Of a stretch of DNA of 64,000 nt, positions 21,580 through 30,394 are shown in pieces. The stretch spans positions 896,001 through 960,000 of the forward strand of contig OZ251997.1 of NCBI GenBank assembly GCA_965247095.1, read 5' to 3'. Numbering within the stretch: the stretch's first letter is position 1; every line of letters starts with the position of its first letter. The translations under genes and the position numbers were made by a program. Below the pieces are notes generated by a model. The model was not told the DNA's origin and searched no databases. It saw nothing but the letters and a program-made list of their open reading frames with translations. Origin of the DNA: Candidatus Multivorans sp. GTDB taxonomy: Bacteria > Acidobacteriota > Thermoanaerobaculia > Multivoradales > Multivoraceae.

Positions 21580-23136
21580 CTAGAAGCTCGAGTCGCTCAC
21601 CAGCGCCTCGATCAGGCAGGGTCCCGGCTCGGCGAAACCCCGCTCAAGGGCAGCCGTCAGCTCTTCGCCGGTGCGCACCTGCACGGCGGGCATGCCGAAG
21701 CCTCGTGCCAGATCGAGCCACTCGACCCGCGGCGTGCCGAACTCCGTCAGGTTCAGGCTCTGCGGGCCGAACTCCTCGACCCCGGCCCGTTGCAGCTCAA
21801 CCTGAAGGATGCGGTAGGCGTCGTTGGCGAACACCAGGTTGACGACATCGACTCCTTCCCGGACCTGGCTCCAGAGCGCCTGGATCGTGTACAGGCCGCT
21901 GCCGTCGCCCTCGAGCGTCAGCACCTTGCGGTCCGGGCACGCGATGGCGGCGCCGAGCGACGCTGGCAGGCCGAGGCCGATGGCGCCGCCGTTCTCCTGC
22001 AGGTAGGTGTGGGCGGGGCCGTTCATCGTGGCCGGGTAGAAGGCGGCGCCGGCGGTGATTCCCTCGTCCATCACGATCGCGTTCTCGGGCAGGGTGGCCG
22101 CGACCGCCTGGGCCGCGACCCGGGCGCCGATCGGACCGGTTGGCGTCGGTGGCCGCTCGACCGCGCGGGCCGGCGGCTCTTCCTTGGCGTCGAGCGCGGC
22201 GGCCAGTTCGCAGAGCGCGTGGCCGCTGTCCTCGGTCGGATGGCTCAGGATGACGACTTCCACCGACTCCGGAGTCAAGCGGCTCACTCCGCCCTCGTAG
22301 CCGAAGAAGGCGACGGGATCGAGTGCACCGGCCAGGACCACCGTGTCGATTCCGCCCATGAACTCGACTGCCTGCTCGGGAAAGTAGGGCACCCGCGGGA
22401 GCGCCGGAAGCTGGGGACCACGCTCCATGCGCCCCGAGAACGTCTCGGCGACGAGCCGGCAGCCGGTCGCTTGCTGTACCTTGGCGGCTTCGCGCTGCGC
22501 TCTATCCGTATGGCCGGAACTGCCCAGCATCAGCATCGTGCGCGCCCCCCGGGCGACGGCGGTCCGGGCGCGCTCGACCGCGTCAGCACCGACGCGCGCG
22601 CCGGGTGCGGGGTCGGGTTCGACGATCGGACCATAGGCCTCGTTCCACTGGCAGTCGGTCGGCACGATCAGGGTGGCGATCTGCCCCGGATGGTGCAGGG
22701 AAGCCGAGATGGCGGCGGCCATGTCGCGAGAGATGTGATCGGCCGAGGCGACGGTACGCTGCCAGTCGGAAACTCCCTCGACCAGGCTCTCGACCTTGGT
22801 GTTGAGCGGCGGGTCGTAGTTGCGGTGCCAGGTGGGATGGTGGCCGATCACGTTGACGACCGGCGTGCGGCCGCGCCGCGCGTTGTGCAGGTTGGCGATG
22901 CCGTTCGCGAATCCGGGTCCTAGATGGACCAGGGTCAACGCCGGTTTGCGGGCCATGCGGCCGTAGCCGTCGGCGGCGCCGGTGGCGACACCCTCGAACT
23001 GCGCCAGCACGCCGCGAACGCCCGGAATCTCGTCGAGAGCCGCGACGATGTGGATCTCCGACGTGCCGGGATTGGCGAAGCAGACCTCGACGCCCGCGTT
23101 GGCGGCGGTCCGGATCATGGCCTGGGCGCCGTTCAT
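21580..23136 (-). CDS. Thiamine-diphosphate enzyme (acetolactate synthase large subunit-like)
   Basis: CFANPGTSE, GAADGYGRM, TPP-binding GDGS..N motif. Confidence 0.9.
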   Translation of the reverse strand: MNGAQAMIRTAANAGVEVCFANPGTSEIHIVAALDEIPGVRGVLAQFEGVATGAADGYGRMARKPALTLVHLGPGFANGIANLHNARRGRTPVVNVIGHHPTWHRNYDPPLNTKVESLVEGVSDWQRTVASADHISRDMAAAISASLHHPGQIATLIVPTDCQWNEAYGPIVEPDPAPGARVGADAVERARTAVARGARTMLMLGSSGHTDRAQREAAKVQQATGCRLVAETFSGRMERGPQLPALPRVPYFPEQAVEFMGGIDTVVLAGALDPVAFFGYEGGVSRLTPESVEVVILSHPTEDSGHALCELAAALDAKEEPPARAVERPPTPTGPIGARVAAQAVAATLPENAIVMDEGITAGAAFYPATMNGPAHTYLQENGGAIGLGLPASLGAAIACPDRKVLTLEGDGSGLYTIQALWSQVREGVDVVNLVFANDAYRILQVELQRAGVEEFGPQSLNLTEFGTPRVEWLDLARGFGMPAVQVRTGEELTAALERGFAEPGPCLIEALVSDSSF

Positions 23137-23217
23137 CGAAGCGGCAGGCTAGCAAGCCTTGCGAAAGATCGTGCCGCCAGGGCCTCGGACGCGGGACCGA
23201 GGGGGGCTTCGCGACTC

Positions 23218-23760
23218 TCAGGAGACGCTTGCCTGGGCCGCCTGCGGACGTTCGAGCGGCAGGGCCGTCGTGTGCTTGATCTCGTTCAGCACGATGCTGG
23301 TCAGCAACCGGTCGACGCCGGGTATGCTGGCAAGCTGGTCCGCGAGGATGTGTTCGAGGTGGCGATAGTCCCGGGCCACGATCTTCAGCATGTAGTCGTG
23401 TTCGCCGGTGAGGAAGTGGCACTCGAGCACCTCCGGCAGTCTCAGGACCTTGTTGCTGAACTGCTGTCTGGCGTCCGCCTGGTGGTGGGTCAAGTAGACC
23501 TGCACGAAGCACAGCAGACCCAGGTCCACAGCGTTGCGGTCGAGCAGGGTGACTCGCTGCTGGATCACGCCGCGCCGTTCCAGCTTGCGCAGGCGCTTCT
23601 TCAGGCCCGAGGCGGACAGGCTCACCTCGCGCGCGAGGTCCACGTCGGTTCGATTCGAATCCTCTTGCAGGAGCGCCAGGATGGCGTAGTCGGTGGCGTC
23701 AAGGGGCCGGGTCGGGAAGCGGCTTGACTCCGCTGCCCGCCGAGGGTCGGTCTTGTCCAT
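23218..23760 (-). CDS. Lrp/AsnC family regulator, divergent from the Phe/Tyr catabolic operon
   Basis: LDATDYAILALLQED..DVDLAREVSLS; ECHFLTGEHDYMLKI. Confidence 0.92.
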   Translation of the reverse strand: MDKTDPRRAAESSRFPTRPLDATDYAILALLQEDSNRTDVDLAREVSLSASGLKKRLRKLERRGVIQQRVTLLDRNAVDLGLLCFVQVYLTHHQADARQQFSNKVLRLPEVLECHFLTGEHDYMLKIVARDYRHLEHILADQLASIPGVDRLLTSIVLNEIKHTTALPLERPQAAQASVS

Positions 23761-23843
23761 GGGGGCGGAGTCTACACGGACGGGGTTGGGGAGTGCGGAA
23801 TCGACGCTTGTTCGGTCGCGTTGGCTCTGTTAGCGTTCCACTG

Positions 23844-25097
23844 ATGGCGATAGAAGCTCATTCCACTACCGCAACCCCAGAAACGGTACGCGTCTCGGTA
23901 TCCCAAAGAGGGGGGCAGCCGCGGTCGAGAACGCTGCCCATCGCGCCGTGGCTGCAGGGTCGCGAGCGTTCGCTGCTGCGTCGGCTGGTCAATCAGGTCG
24001 CGCGGCCCGGCGTGGTTTCGCTCGCCGGTGGGCTGCCTGCCGTGGAGTTGTTTCCGTCGCAAGCCTACGGCGAAGTGGTGCGCCGGCTGCTGGCCGATCC
24101 GCAGTCCATGCAGTACGTCCCGTCATGCGGGGAACTGAAGGAACGGGTGGTGGAGGTCATGCGACGCCGTGGCGTCGATTGCAGATCGGAGGAGATCCTG
24201 ATCACGACGGGCGCGCAGCAGGCGCTCGATGTCGCCGTTCGTGCGTTCGTGAGTGTGGGTGAGAGTGTCGCCGTCGAGCGCTATGCGTACGCGGGCTTCA
24301 GGGAGGTTCTGGCGCCGCTCCGGCCGCGACTCGTCACTCTGCCGAGCAGCCTGGACGACGGGCTCGATGTCGAGGCGCTCCAGCGCTGCCTGCTCGCCGG
24401 CGTCCGGCCGCGACTGGTGTACGTGATCCCGGATGCGCACAACCCGCTCGGCGTCAGCCTGGCCCGTGAGGCCCGGGAGCGGTTGGTGGTCCTGGCTCAC
24501 GACTATGACTTCGTGATCCTGGAGGACGATCCCTACGGTCTGCTGTGCTGCGACGGCGAGTTCGAGCCCCCGCTCGCGGCCCTCGACTCGGAGCGGGTGA
24601 TCTACGCGGGCACCTTCTCCAAGATCCTGGCGCCGGCGCTGCGCCTCGGCTGGCTGCGACTGCCGGCGTCGCTGGTCGAGACCTTCGCGGCGGTCAAGGA
24701 GATCGGGGACCTCGAGTGCTCCAGGCTGACCGTGCTCGCCGTGGCCCGTCTGCTGGGAGACCTTGACTTCGACCGCCACCTCGAACTGCTGCGATCGACC
24801 TACCGGGGCCGTCGGAACGCGATGATCGAGGCACTTGCCGATCATCTCCCGGCGGGCTGCGCCTTCAGTGAGCCCGGCGGCGGCATGTTCGTGTGGGTAG
24901 AACTGCCCGAGGGGACGGACGGGGAGCAACTGCTCCAGCGGACCCTGGCCGAGCGGAAGATCGCCTTCGTTCCCGCGGCGGCGTTCGCGGACGGTGCAGA
25001 CCGCGCCGCGCCCGGGAACGCGGCCCGCTTGAGCTTCTCGCGCCTGGAGCCGGAGGCTCTGCGCGAGGCGGTGGCGAACTTCGCCGCCTGCATTTGA
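23844..25097 (+). CDS. PLP-dependent class I aminotransferase (ARO8/LysN-like, probably aromatic)
   Basis: SLAGGLP, TTGAQQAL, HNPLG, EDDPY, TFSKILAPALRLGW; ATG 23844 preceded by TGtTAGCGT. Confidence 0.9.
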   Translation: MAIEAHSTTATPETVRVSVSQRGGQPRSRTLPIAPWLQGRERSLLRRLVNQVARPGVVSLAGGLPAVELFPSQAYGEVVRRLLADPQSMQYVPSCGELKERVVEVMRRRGVDCRSEEILITTGAQQALDVAVRAFVSVGESVAVERYAYAGFREVLAPLRPRLVTLPSSLDDGLDVEALQRCLLAGVRPRLVYVIPDAHNPLGVSLAREARERLVVLAHDYDFVILEDDPYGLLCCDGEFEPPLAALDSERVIYAGTFSKILAPALRLGWLRLPASLVETFAAVKEIGDLECSRLTVLAVARLLGDLDFDRHLELLRSTYRGRRNAMIEALADHLPAGCAFSEPGGGMFVWVELPEGTDGEQLLQRTLAERKIAFVPAAAFADGADRAAPGNAARLSFSRLEPEALREAVANFAACI

Positions 25098-25140
25098 GAT
25101 CCTGCCCGGGCCGGACAACGACAAGAAAAGGAGAGAAGGA

Positions 25141-26403
25141 ATGAGACCAGGAGATTGCGCCGCAGAACGCAGCGAAGCGAGTTCAGGGACGCAAGGTCAT
25201 GGTGAGGACGGGATGGGCCGAAACACCGAGCCTGCGAGGCGTTTCGGAGCGGGGGTTACCGAACAGACACAGACCGGGTTTCTTGGTCGAAGCACCGCAA
25301 CCGACGACGACTTCTGTCCGATTCTCGGCTTCGATCATCTGGAACTGTACGTCGGCAACGCGAAGCAGTCGGCTGCCTACTACTGCCATGCGTTCGGTTT
25401 CGAGTGCACAGCGGTGCGGGGACTCGAGACCGGCGAGCGGGCGCGCGCGTCGTACCTGGTGGAGCAGGGCGGTATCCGGTTCCTGTTGACCAGTGCGCTG
25501 CACTCCTCGCACGATGCGGCGCGGTCGGTTCGGCGGCACGGCGATTCGGTAGCGGTGATCGCGCTCTCGGTGCCGAGCGCGGACGAGGCGTTCACCGCCG
25601 CGGTATCGCGGGGCGCGGAGGCCGCGGCGCCACCGGCAACGGCCCGGGATCAGCACGGCGAAGTTCGCCACGCCTCGATCCACCTCTACGGCGACTGCTT
25701 GTTGCAGTTCATGGAGCGCCGGGACTACGGCGGGGCCTTCGGTCCCGGTTTCGAACCGGCGCCGGAAGTCCCCGGCGTCGCGGGCCTCAGGGGCTGCGGC
25801 CTGCTCGCGGTCGACCACGTCGTGGCCAACGTCGAGTTGGGGCGGATGAACGAGTGGGCCCGGTTCTTCTCGCGCGTCCTGGGCTTCAACCAGCTCGTCC
25901 ACTTCGATGACGCGGCGATCTCGACCGAGTACTCGGCGCTCATGTCCAAGGTGATGCAGGACGGTTCGGGGGTCATCAAGTTCCCGATCAACGAGCCCGC
26001 CGAGGGCCGCAGGAAGTCGCAGATCGAGGAGTTCCTCGACTTCCACGAAGGACCGGGCGTGCAGCACATTGCCTGCTGCACGGACGACATCCTGGGCACC
26101 GTGTCTCGGCTGCGCGAGAACGGGGTCGAGTTCCTCAACGTGCCGGGGGCCTACTACGACGACCTCGAGCTGCGGGTAGGGAAGATCGACGAGCCGATCG
26201 ATCGCCTGGCCGAACTCGGCATCCTTGCCGACCGCGACGAGGATGGCTACCTGCTTCAGATCTTCACCAAGCCGGTGGAGGACCGACCGACTCTGTTCTA
26301 CGAAATCATCGAGCGCCACGGGGCGCGGGGCTTCGGCGAGGGCAACTTCAAGAGCCTGTTCGTGGCGCTCGAACGGGAGCAGGCGGCGAGGGGCAACCTG
26401 TGA
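25141..26403 (+). CDS. hppD: 4-hydroxyphenylpyruvate dioxygenase (start may be 25213)
   Basis: DHVVANV, KSQIEEFL..GVQHIA, LLQIFTKP, GFGEGNFKSLF. Confidence 0.96.
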   Translation: MRPGDCAAERSEASSGTQGHGEDGMGRNTEPARRFGAGVTEQTQTGFLGRSTATDDDFCPILGFDHLELYVGNAKQSAAYYCHAFGFECTAVRGLETGERARASYLVEQGGIRFLLTSALHSSHDAARSVRRHGDSVAVIALSVPSADEAFTAAVSRGAEAAAPPATARDQHGEVRHASIHLYGDCLLQFMERRDYGGAFGPGFEPAPEVPGVAGLRGCGLLAVDHVVANVELGRMNEWARFFSRVLGFNQLVHFDDAAISTEYSALMSKVMQDGSGVIKFPINEPAEGRRKSQIEEFLDFHEGPGVQHIACCTDDILGTVSRLRENGVEFLNVPGAYYDDLELRVGKIDEPIDRLAELGILADRDEDGYLLQIFTKPVEDRPTLFYEIIERHGARGFGEGNFKSLFVALEREQAARGNL

Positions 26404-27557
26404 GCCACTACCTGCGCGCGGGCGAGATCCCGCACAAGCGCCACACCCAGTTCCGCAAGCCCGACGGATCGCTTCACCACGAGGAGGTGATGGGGATCCA
26501 CGGCTTCTCGGGCGTCCAGTCGATCCTCTACCATCTGCATCCGCCGACCGCGATCGAGCGGATCGAGGACCGGATCGGGAACGGTCTCAAGCTGGAGTAC
26601 GCGGGGCCCCTGCGGCATCGCCTGATCCGGGCCGCCGAGACGCCTGAGCAGGGAAACGCGGTGAGCGGTCGGGTGGCGCTGCTCACCAACCGCGACCTGG
26701 TGCTGTCCGTGGTCCGGTTTCGCGAAGCGATGGACTACTGGTACCGCTACGCGCACGGTGACGAGCTGCTGTTCGTGCACGAGGGGCACGGCGTGCTCGA
26801 GACCCAGTTCGGCCGGCTGGAATACCGCCCTGGGGACTATCTCGTGCTGCCCACCGGAGTCATCTGGCGACTCCTGCCGCGGGCGGACGAGCCGCAGCGG
26901 ATGCTCTGTGTCGAAGCCGCCGGCCACATCGAGCCGCCACGGCGCTACGTGAACCGCTACGGCCAGTTCCTTGAGAACTCGCCGTACTGCGAGCGCGACA
27001 TCCGCCCGCCGGAGTGGGTCGAGCCGCAGGACGAGGAAGGCGAGTTCGAGGTGCGGGTCAAGGCCCGCGGCGGCACCACCCGTTACCTGTACCGGCGCCA
27101 CCCGATGGACGTGGCCGGTTGGGACGGCCACCTGTGGCCTTACGCCTTCAACATCGAGGACTTCGAGCCGATCACCGGCCGCGTCCACCAGCCGCCGCCG
27201 GTGCACCAGACCTTCGACGGGCCCGGGTTCGTCGTCTGCTCCTTCGTGCCGCGGCTGTTCGACTACCACCCGCAGGCGATTCCCGCTCCCTACAACCACT
27301 CCAACGTCGATTCGGACGAGGTCATCTACTACGTCGAGGGCGATTTCATGTCGAGGCGCGGAGTGGAACGGGGATCCCTGACCGTGCATCCGAACGGCAT
27401 TCCGCACGGGCCCCATCCGGGCGCCTACGAGGGATCGATCGGCAAGGAGCGCACCGACGAACTCGCGGTCATGGTGGACACCTTCCGGCCGCTGCAGATG
27501 ACGGCTGCCGCGGCCGACCTGGAGGACGAGAGCTATGCCTATAGCTGGCGCGGTTGA
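26400..27557 (+). CDS. hmgA: Homogentisate 1,2-dioxygenase
   Basis: GEIPHKRHTQF, HQPPPVHQTF, PYNHSNVDSDEV, HPNGIPHGPHPG. Confidence 0.95.
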   Translation: MSHYLRAGEIPHKRHTQFRKPDGSLHHEEVMGIHGFSGVQSILYHLHPPTAIERIEDRIGNGLKLEYAGPLRHRLIRAAETPEQGNAVSGRVALLTNRDLVLSVVRFREAMDYWYRYAHGDELLFVHEGHGVLETQFGRLEYRPGDYLVLPTGVIWRLLPRADEPQRMLCVEAAGHIEPPRRYVNRYGQFLENSPYCERDIRPPEWVEPQDEEGEFEVRVKARGGTTRYLYRRHPMDVAGWDGHLWPYAFNIEDFEPITGRVHQPPPVHQTFDGPGFVVCSFVPRLFDYHPQAIPAPYNHSNVDSDEVIYYVEGDFMSRRGVERGSLTVHPNGIPHGPHPGAYEGSIGKERTDELAVMVDTFRPLQMTAAAADLEDESYAYSWRG

Positions 27558-28467
27558 ACCGGCGGTTCGCGAAGGGACCGCCGGCCGGGATCTGACTACC
27601 GGCCGGGCCGACTTCATCGAGCGGGCGCAGACGGAGGGCGAGTTGTTCATCGAGCAGCCGTACGAGCTCTACAGCGAGTCGAACCAGCGGACCTGGAGGC
27701 GCCTCTACCGGGCGCTCGCCGGACGCTGGGAGAAGCACGCCCACCCGCGTTTCCTCAATGGCGTGACGCGCCTGGCGCTCGACCCGGACCGCATCCCACG
27801 CCTCGCCGACATCAACGGGTTCCTGGAGCCCCTGAGCGGCTTCAAGGCGCGGGCGGTGAGCGGCTACGTGCCGGCGTACCTGTTCTTCGATTGTCTGAGG
27901 CGGAGGGAGTTTCCGACCACGATCACCGTCCGCGACGGCGAGCGGCTCGGCTATCTTCCCGAGCCGGACATCTTCCACGACCTGGCCGGGCACGTGCCGA
28001 TGCACACGGATCCGGCGTTCGCGGATGTGCTGGCGCGCTTCGGCGAGGCTGCCCGCACGGCCGCACTGCGGGCCCGGGAGGGTAGCTGCCGGCGCGTCGA
28101 GAGCGCGCTCCGGGCGCTGGCCCGGTTCTTCTGGTTCACGATCGAGTTCGGCCTCATGCGACGGCCGGACGGGAGCGGACTGTGCGCATACGGCAGCGGT
28201 CTTCTGAGTTCGGCCGGCGAGATCGAGCACGCGCTGGAATCCCCCGACGTGCAGCGGATCCCGTTCCAGCTCGACTGGGTCGTGAACCAGAGCTTCGAGA
28301 TCGATTCGCTGCAGCCTCTGCTCTTCGTGGTCGACGGTTTCGACCACCTGGAGCGCGAGGTCCGTCGACTGGAGGGTTGGCTCGGCGCTGGGCGCCTGGA
28401 CAACGTGGCCCCGGGCGAGCCGGCGGTCAGCCGCGAGGACCTGCGCTCGTTTCTGGAAGCGGGCTAG
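27535..28467 (+). CDS. phhA: Phenylalanine 4-monooxygenase
   Basis: YLPEPDIFHDLAGHVPM, WFTIEFGL, YGSGLLSS. Confidence 0.92.
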   Translation: MPIAGAVEPAVREGTAGRDLTTGRADFIERAQTEGELFIEQPYELYSESNQRTWRRLYRALAGRWEKHAHPRFLNGVTRLALDPDRIPRLADINGFLEPLSGFKARAVSGYVPAYLFFDCLRRREFPTTITVRDGERLGYLPEPDIFHDLAGHVPMHTDPAFADVLARFGEAARTAALRAREGSCRRVESALRALARFFWFTIEFGLMRRPDGSGLCAYGSGLLSSAGEIEHALESPDVQRIPFQLDWVVNQSFEIDSLQPLLFVVDGFDHLEREVRRLEGWLGAGRLDNVAPGEPAVSREDLRSFLEAG

Positions 28468-28477
28468 CAGCTAGCAG

Positions 28478-29965
28478 CTAGTAGCCGGGCGGACGTTCGA
28501 AGCCGCCGATCCGTTCGCTCAGACGGCGGCCGAGGTCGAGGGTCGTCCGGTCCTCCAGGAAGGGGCCGGCGATCTGGAGCCCGACAGGGAGGCCGTCGCT
28601 TGCCGTGCCGGCCGGAATCACGGTCGCGGGCAGGTAGGCGACGCCGGTGAGGCCGACCCAGAGGGTTTGCTCGCCGTAGGCGCGTCGCTCGCCGTTGACG
28701 GTGATGCGCCGCGCTCCCATCGGCTCGCTGTGGTCGTGGGGGATCGCCGTGGTCGGCAGGTTGGGCAGGAGCACGGCGTCCCAATTCTTGAAGAAGTCGT
28801 GCCACTTGCGCCGCATCTGGAGCCGGCGCTCGTTCGCCGACAGCCAGGCGCGGTGCCGCTGGGAGGCCCAGCGGGCGGCGAGGGCGCCCTCCTCGTCGAT
28901 CGACACGCCGCGTTCGGCGAGTTCCTCGATCTCGGCGTGGCTGAAGCCGCCGCACATTGCGGCGCCCAGCAGTTGGCCGAAGACCCCCGTCGCGTAGTCG
29001 AAGGTGAAGTCCGGCCGCGCCCCGCGGTCGACGTTGGCGCCGGCGCTCTCAAGGGCATCCGCCGCCCTTTCGAGCTGCTCGCGGACCACATCGTCGATCG
29101 GACAGGACGGTTCCTCGAACCACACCGCGACCCGGTAGTCGCTCAGGCGCCCGTGCCGGGGCGGCGGCAGCTCCAGGCGAAAGCCGGGGGCGTGCCAGTC
29201 GTCCGGTCCGGCGAGGATGTCGAGGCCGAGTTCAAGGTCCTCGACGGTGCGCGCCATCGGTCCGGCCACCGCAATGTCGGCCTGGGTCAGGGTGCCGGGC
29301 GGCCCCGGGATCTGGCCCAGGGCCGGCACGATGCCATAGCTCGGCTTGTGGCCGCAGATGCCGCAGGTCGAGGCCGGGCCGCGGATCGAACCGCCGATGT
29401 CGCTGCCGAGTTCGAGCGGCGTGAAGCCGGCCGCGAGCGCGGCGGCAGAGCCGCCCGATGACCCGCCCGGCGTGCGCTCCAGATTCCAGGGGTTGTTCGT
29501 CTGATCGAAGACCGCGTTGTAGCTCTGCGTATCGCCGGCGTAGATCGGCAGGTTCGTCTTGCCGAAGATGACCGCGCCGGCGGCGCGCAGCCGGGCCACC
29601 GGCACGGCGTCGACCTCAGGAATGTGTTCGCTGAGTTCGGGCGCGCCGGACGTCGTGCGCATGCCGACGGTCTGGAACGAGTCCTTGATCGTCATCGCCA
29701 CGCCGTGGAGCGGGCCTGGATCCCGGCCCTCGGTCAGCGCCCGGTCGGCGGCGTCCGCTTCGCTCCGCGCCCGCTCGGCGTCGAGCGTGACGACGGTGTT
29801 GAGCGGCGGGTTCAGCCGCTCGACCCGGTCGAGGAGGAGTTCCAGGTAGTCGCGGGAGGAGATGCGGCCGGCGCGGATCGCGGCGGCGGCCTCTGCGGTC
29901 GACCAGTAGGCCGCGTCTTCGGTCGGATTTGTGCCGGCGTTTGAAACCGGAGGCTGAGCGTTCAT
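28478..29965 (-). CDS. Amidase signature family protein
   Basis: IKD, GKTN, GGSSGGS, GSDIGGSIR; ATG 29965 preceded by TGcTACCCT. Confidence 0.93.
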   Translation of the reverse strand: MNAQPPVSNAGTNPTEDAAYWSTAEAAAAIRAGRISSRDYLELLLDRVERLNPPLNTVVTLDAERARSEADAADRALTEGRDPGPLHGVAMTIKDSFQTVGMRTTSGAPELSEHIPEVDAVPVARLRAAGAVIFGKTNLPIYAGDTQSYNAVFDQTNNPWNLERTPGGSSGGSAAALAAGFTPLELGSDIGGSIRGPASTCGICGHKPSYGIVPALGQIPGPPGTLTQADIAVAGPMARTVEDLELGLDILAGPDDWHAPGFRLELPPPRHGRLSDYRVAVWFEEPSCPIDDVVREQLERAADALESAGANVDRGARPDFTFDYATGVFGQLLGAAMCGGFSHAEIEELAERGVSIDEEGALAARWASQRHRAWLSANERRLQMRRKWHDFFKNWDAVLLPNLPTTAIPHDHSEPMGARRITVNGERRAYGEQTLWVGLTGVAYLPATVIPAGTASDGLPVGLQIAGPFLEDRTTLDLGRRLSERIGGFERPPGY

Positions 29966-30099
29966 GGCGCGGAGGGTAGCAGTGCGGCTCGATGGCACCA
30001 TGCTTGCATCCTCCTGCAAGCGAGATCCCCCAACCGTGCTGTCGCTGTGAGCTGAAGATGAGGAAGCGGTACGAATGACCAAGGAAGGGAATCTGTGTC

Positions 30100-30281
30100 C
30101 TCTTCCGAGGTCATTTCCGGCGAGGCAACCTGGAGGTCGTGCTTGAGGACCAGGATGGAAACCGCGGTACCCGTTCCACGCCGAAGTCACGATGCGGCGT
30201 CTACGGCATACACTCGTCGTGATGGTTCACGATCCGTTGTCGCGCCTGACCGCAAGCGCACGCATGGAGGTGGAGCCATGA
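30100..30281 (+). pseudogene. Internally deleted remnant of a fourth VWA paralog
   Basis: NLEVVLEDQDGNR (30127-30165) matches the paralog N-termini and is followed out of frame by FHAEVTMRRLRHTLVVMVHDPLSRLTASARMEVEP*, which matches their C-termini. Confidence 0.75.
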
Positions 30282-30394
30282 AAGTGGAACAGACCATTCG
30301 CAGGACGCTGCTCGTTTCGGCGGCGATACATGGAGGTGGAGCCATGAAAGTGGAACAGACCATTCGCAGAACGCTGCTCGTTTCGGCGGCGATA
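30263..30394 (+). repeat. 66-bp tandem duplication of RBS, ATG and signal-peptide start
   Basis: 30263-30328 and 30329-30394 differ by one base; in frame. Confidence 0.95.

Noticed and set aside
28464-28484. CTAGCAG CTAGCAG CTAGTAG micro-repeat
   Set aside because: Too short; it only spans the convergent stops of phhA and the amidase.
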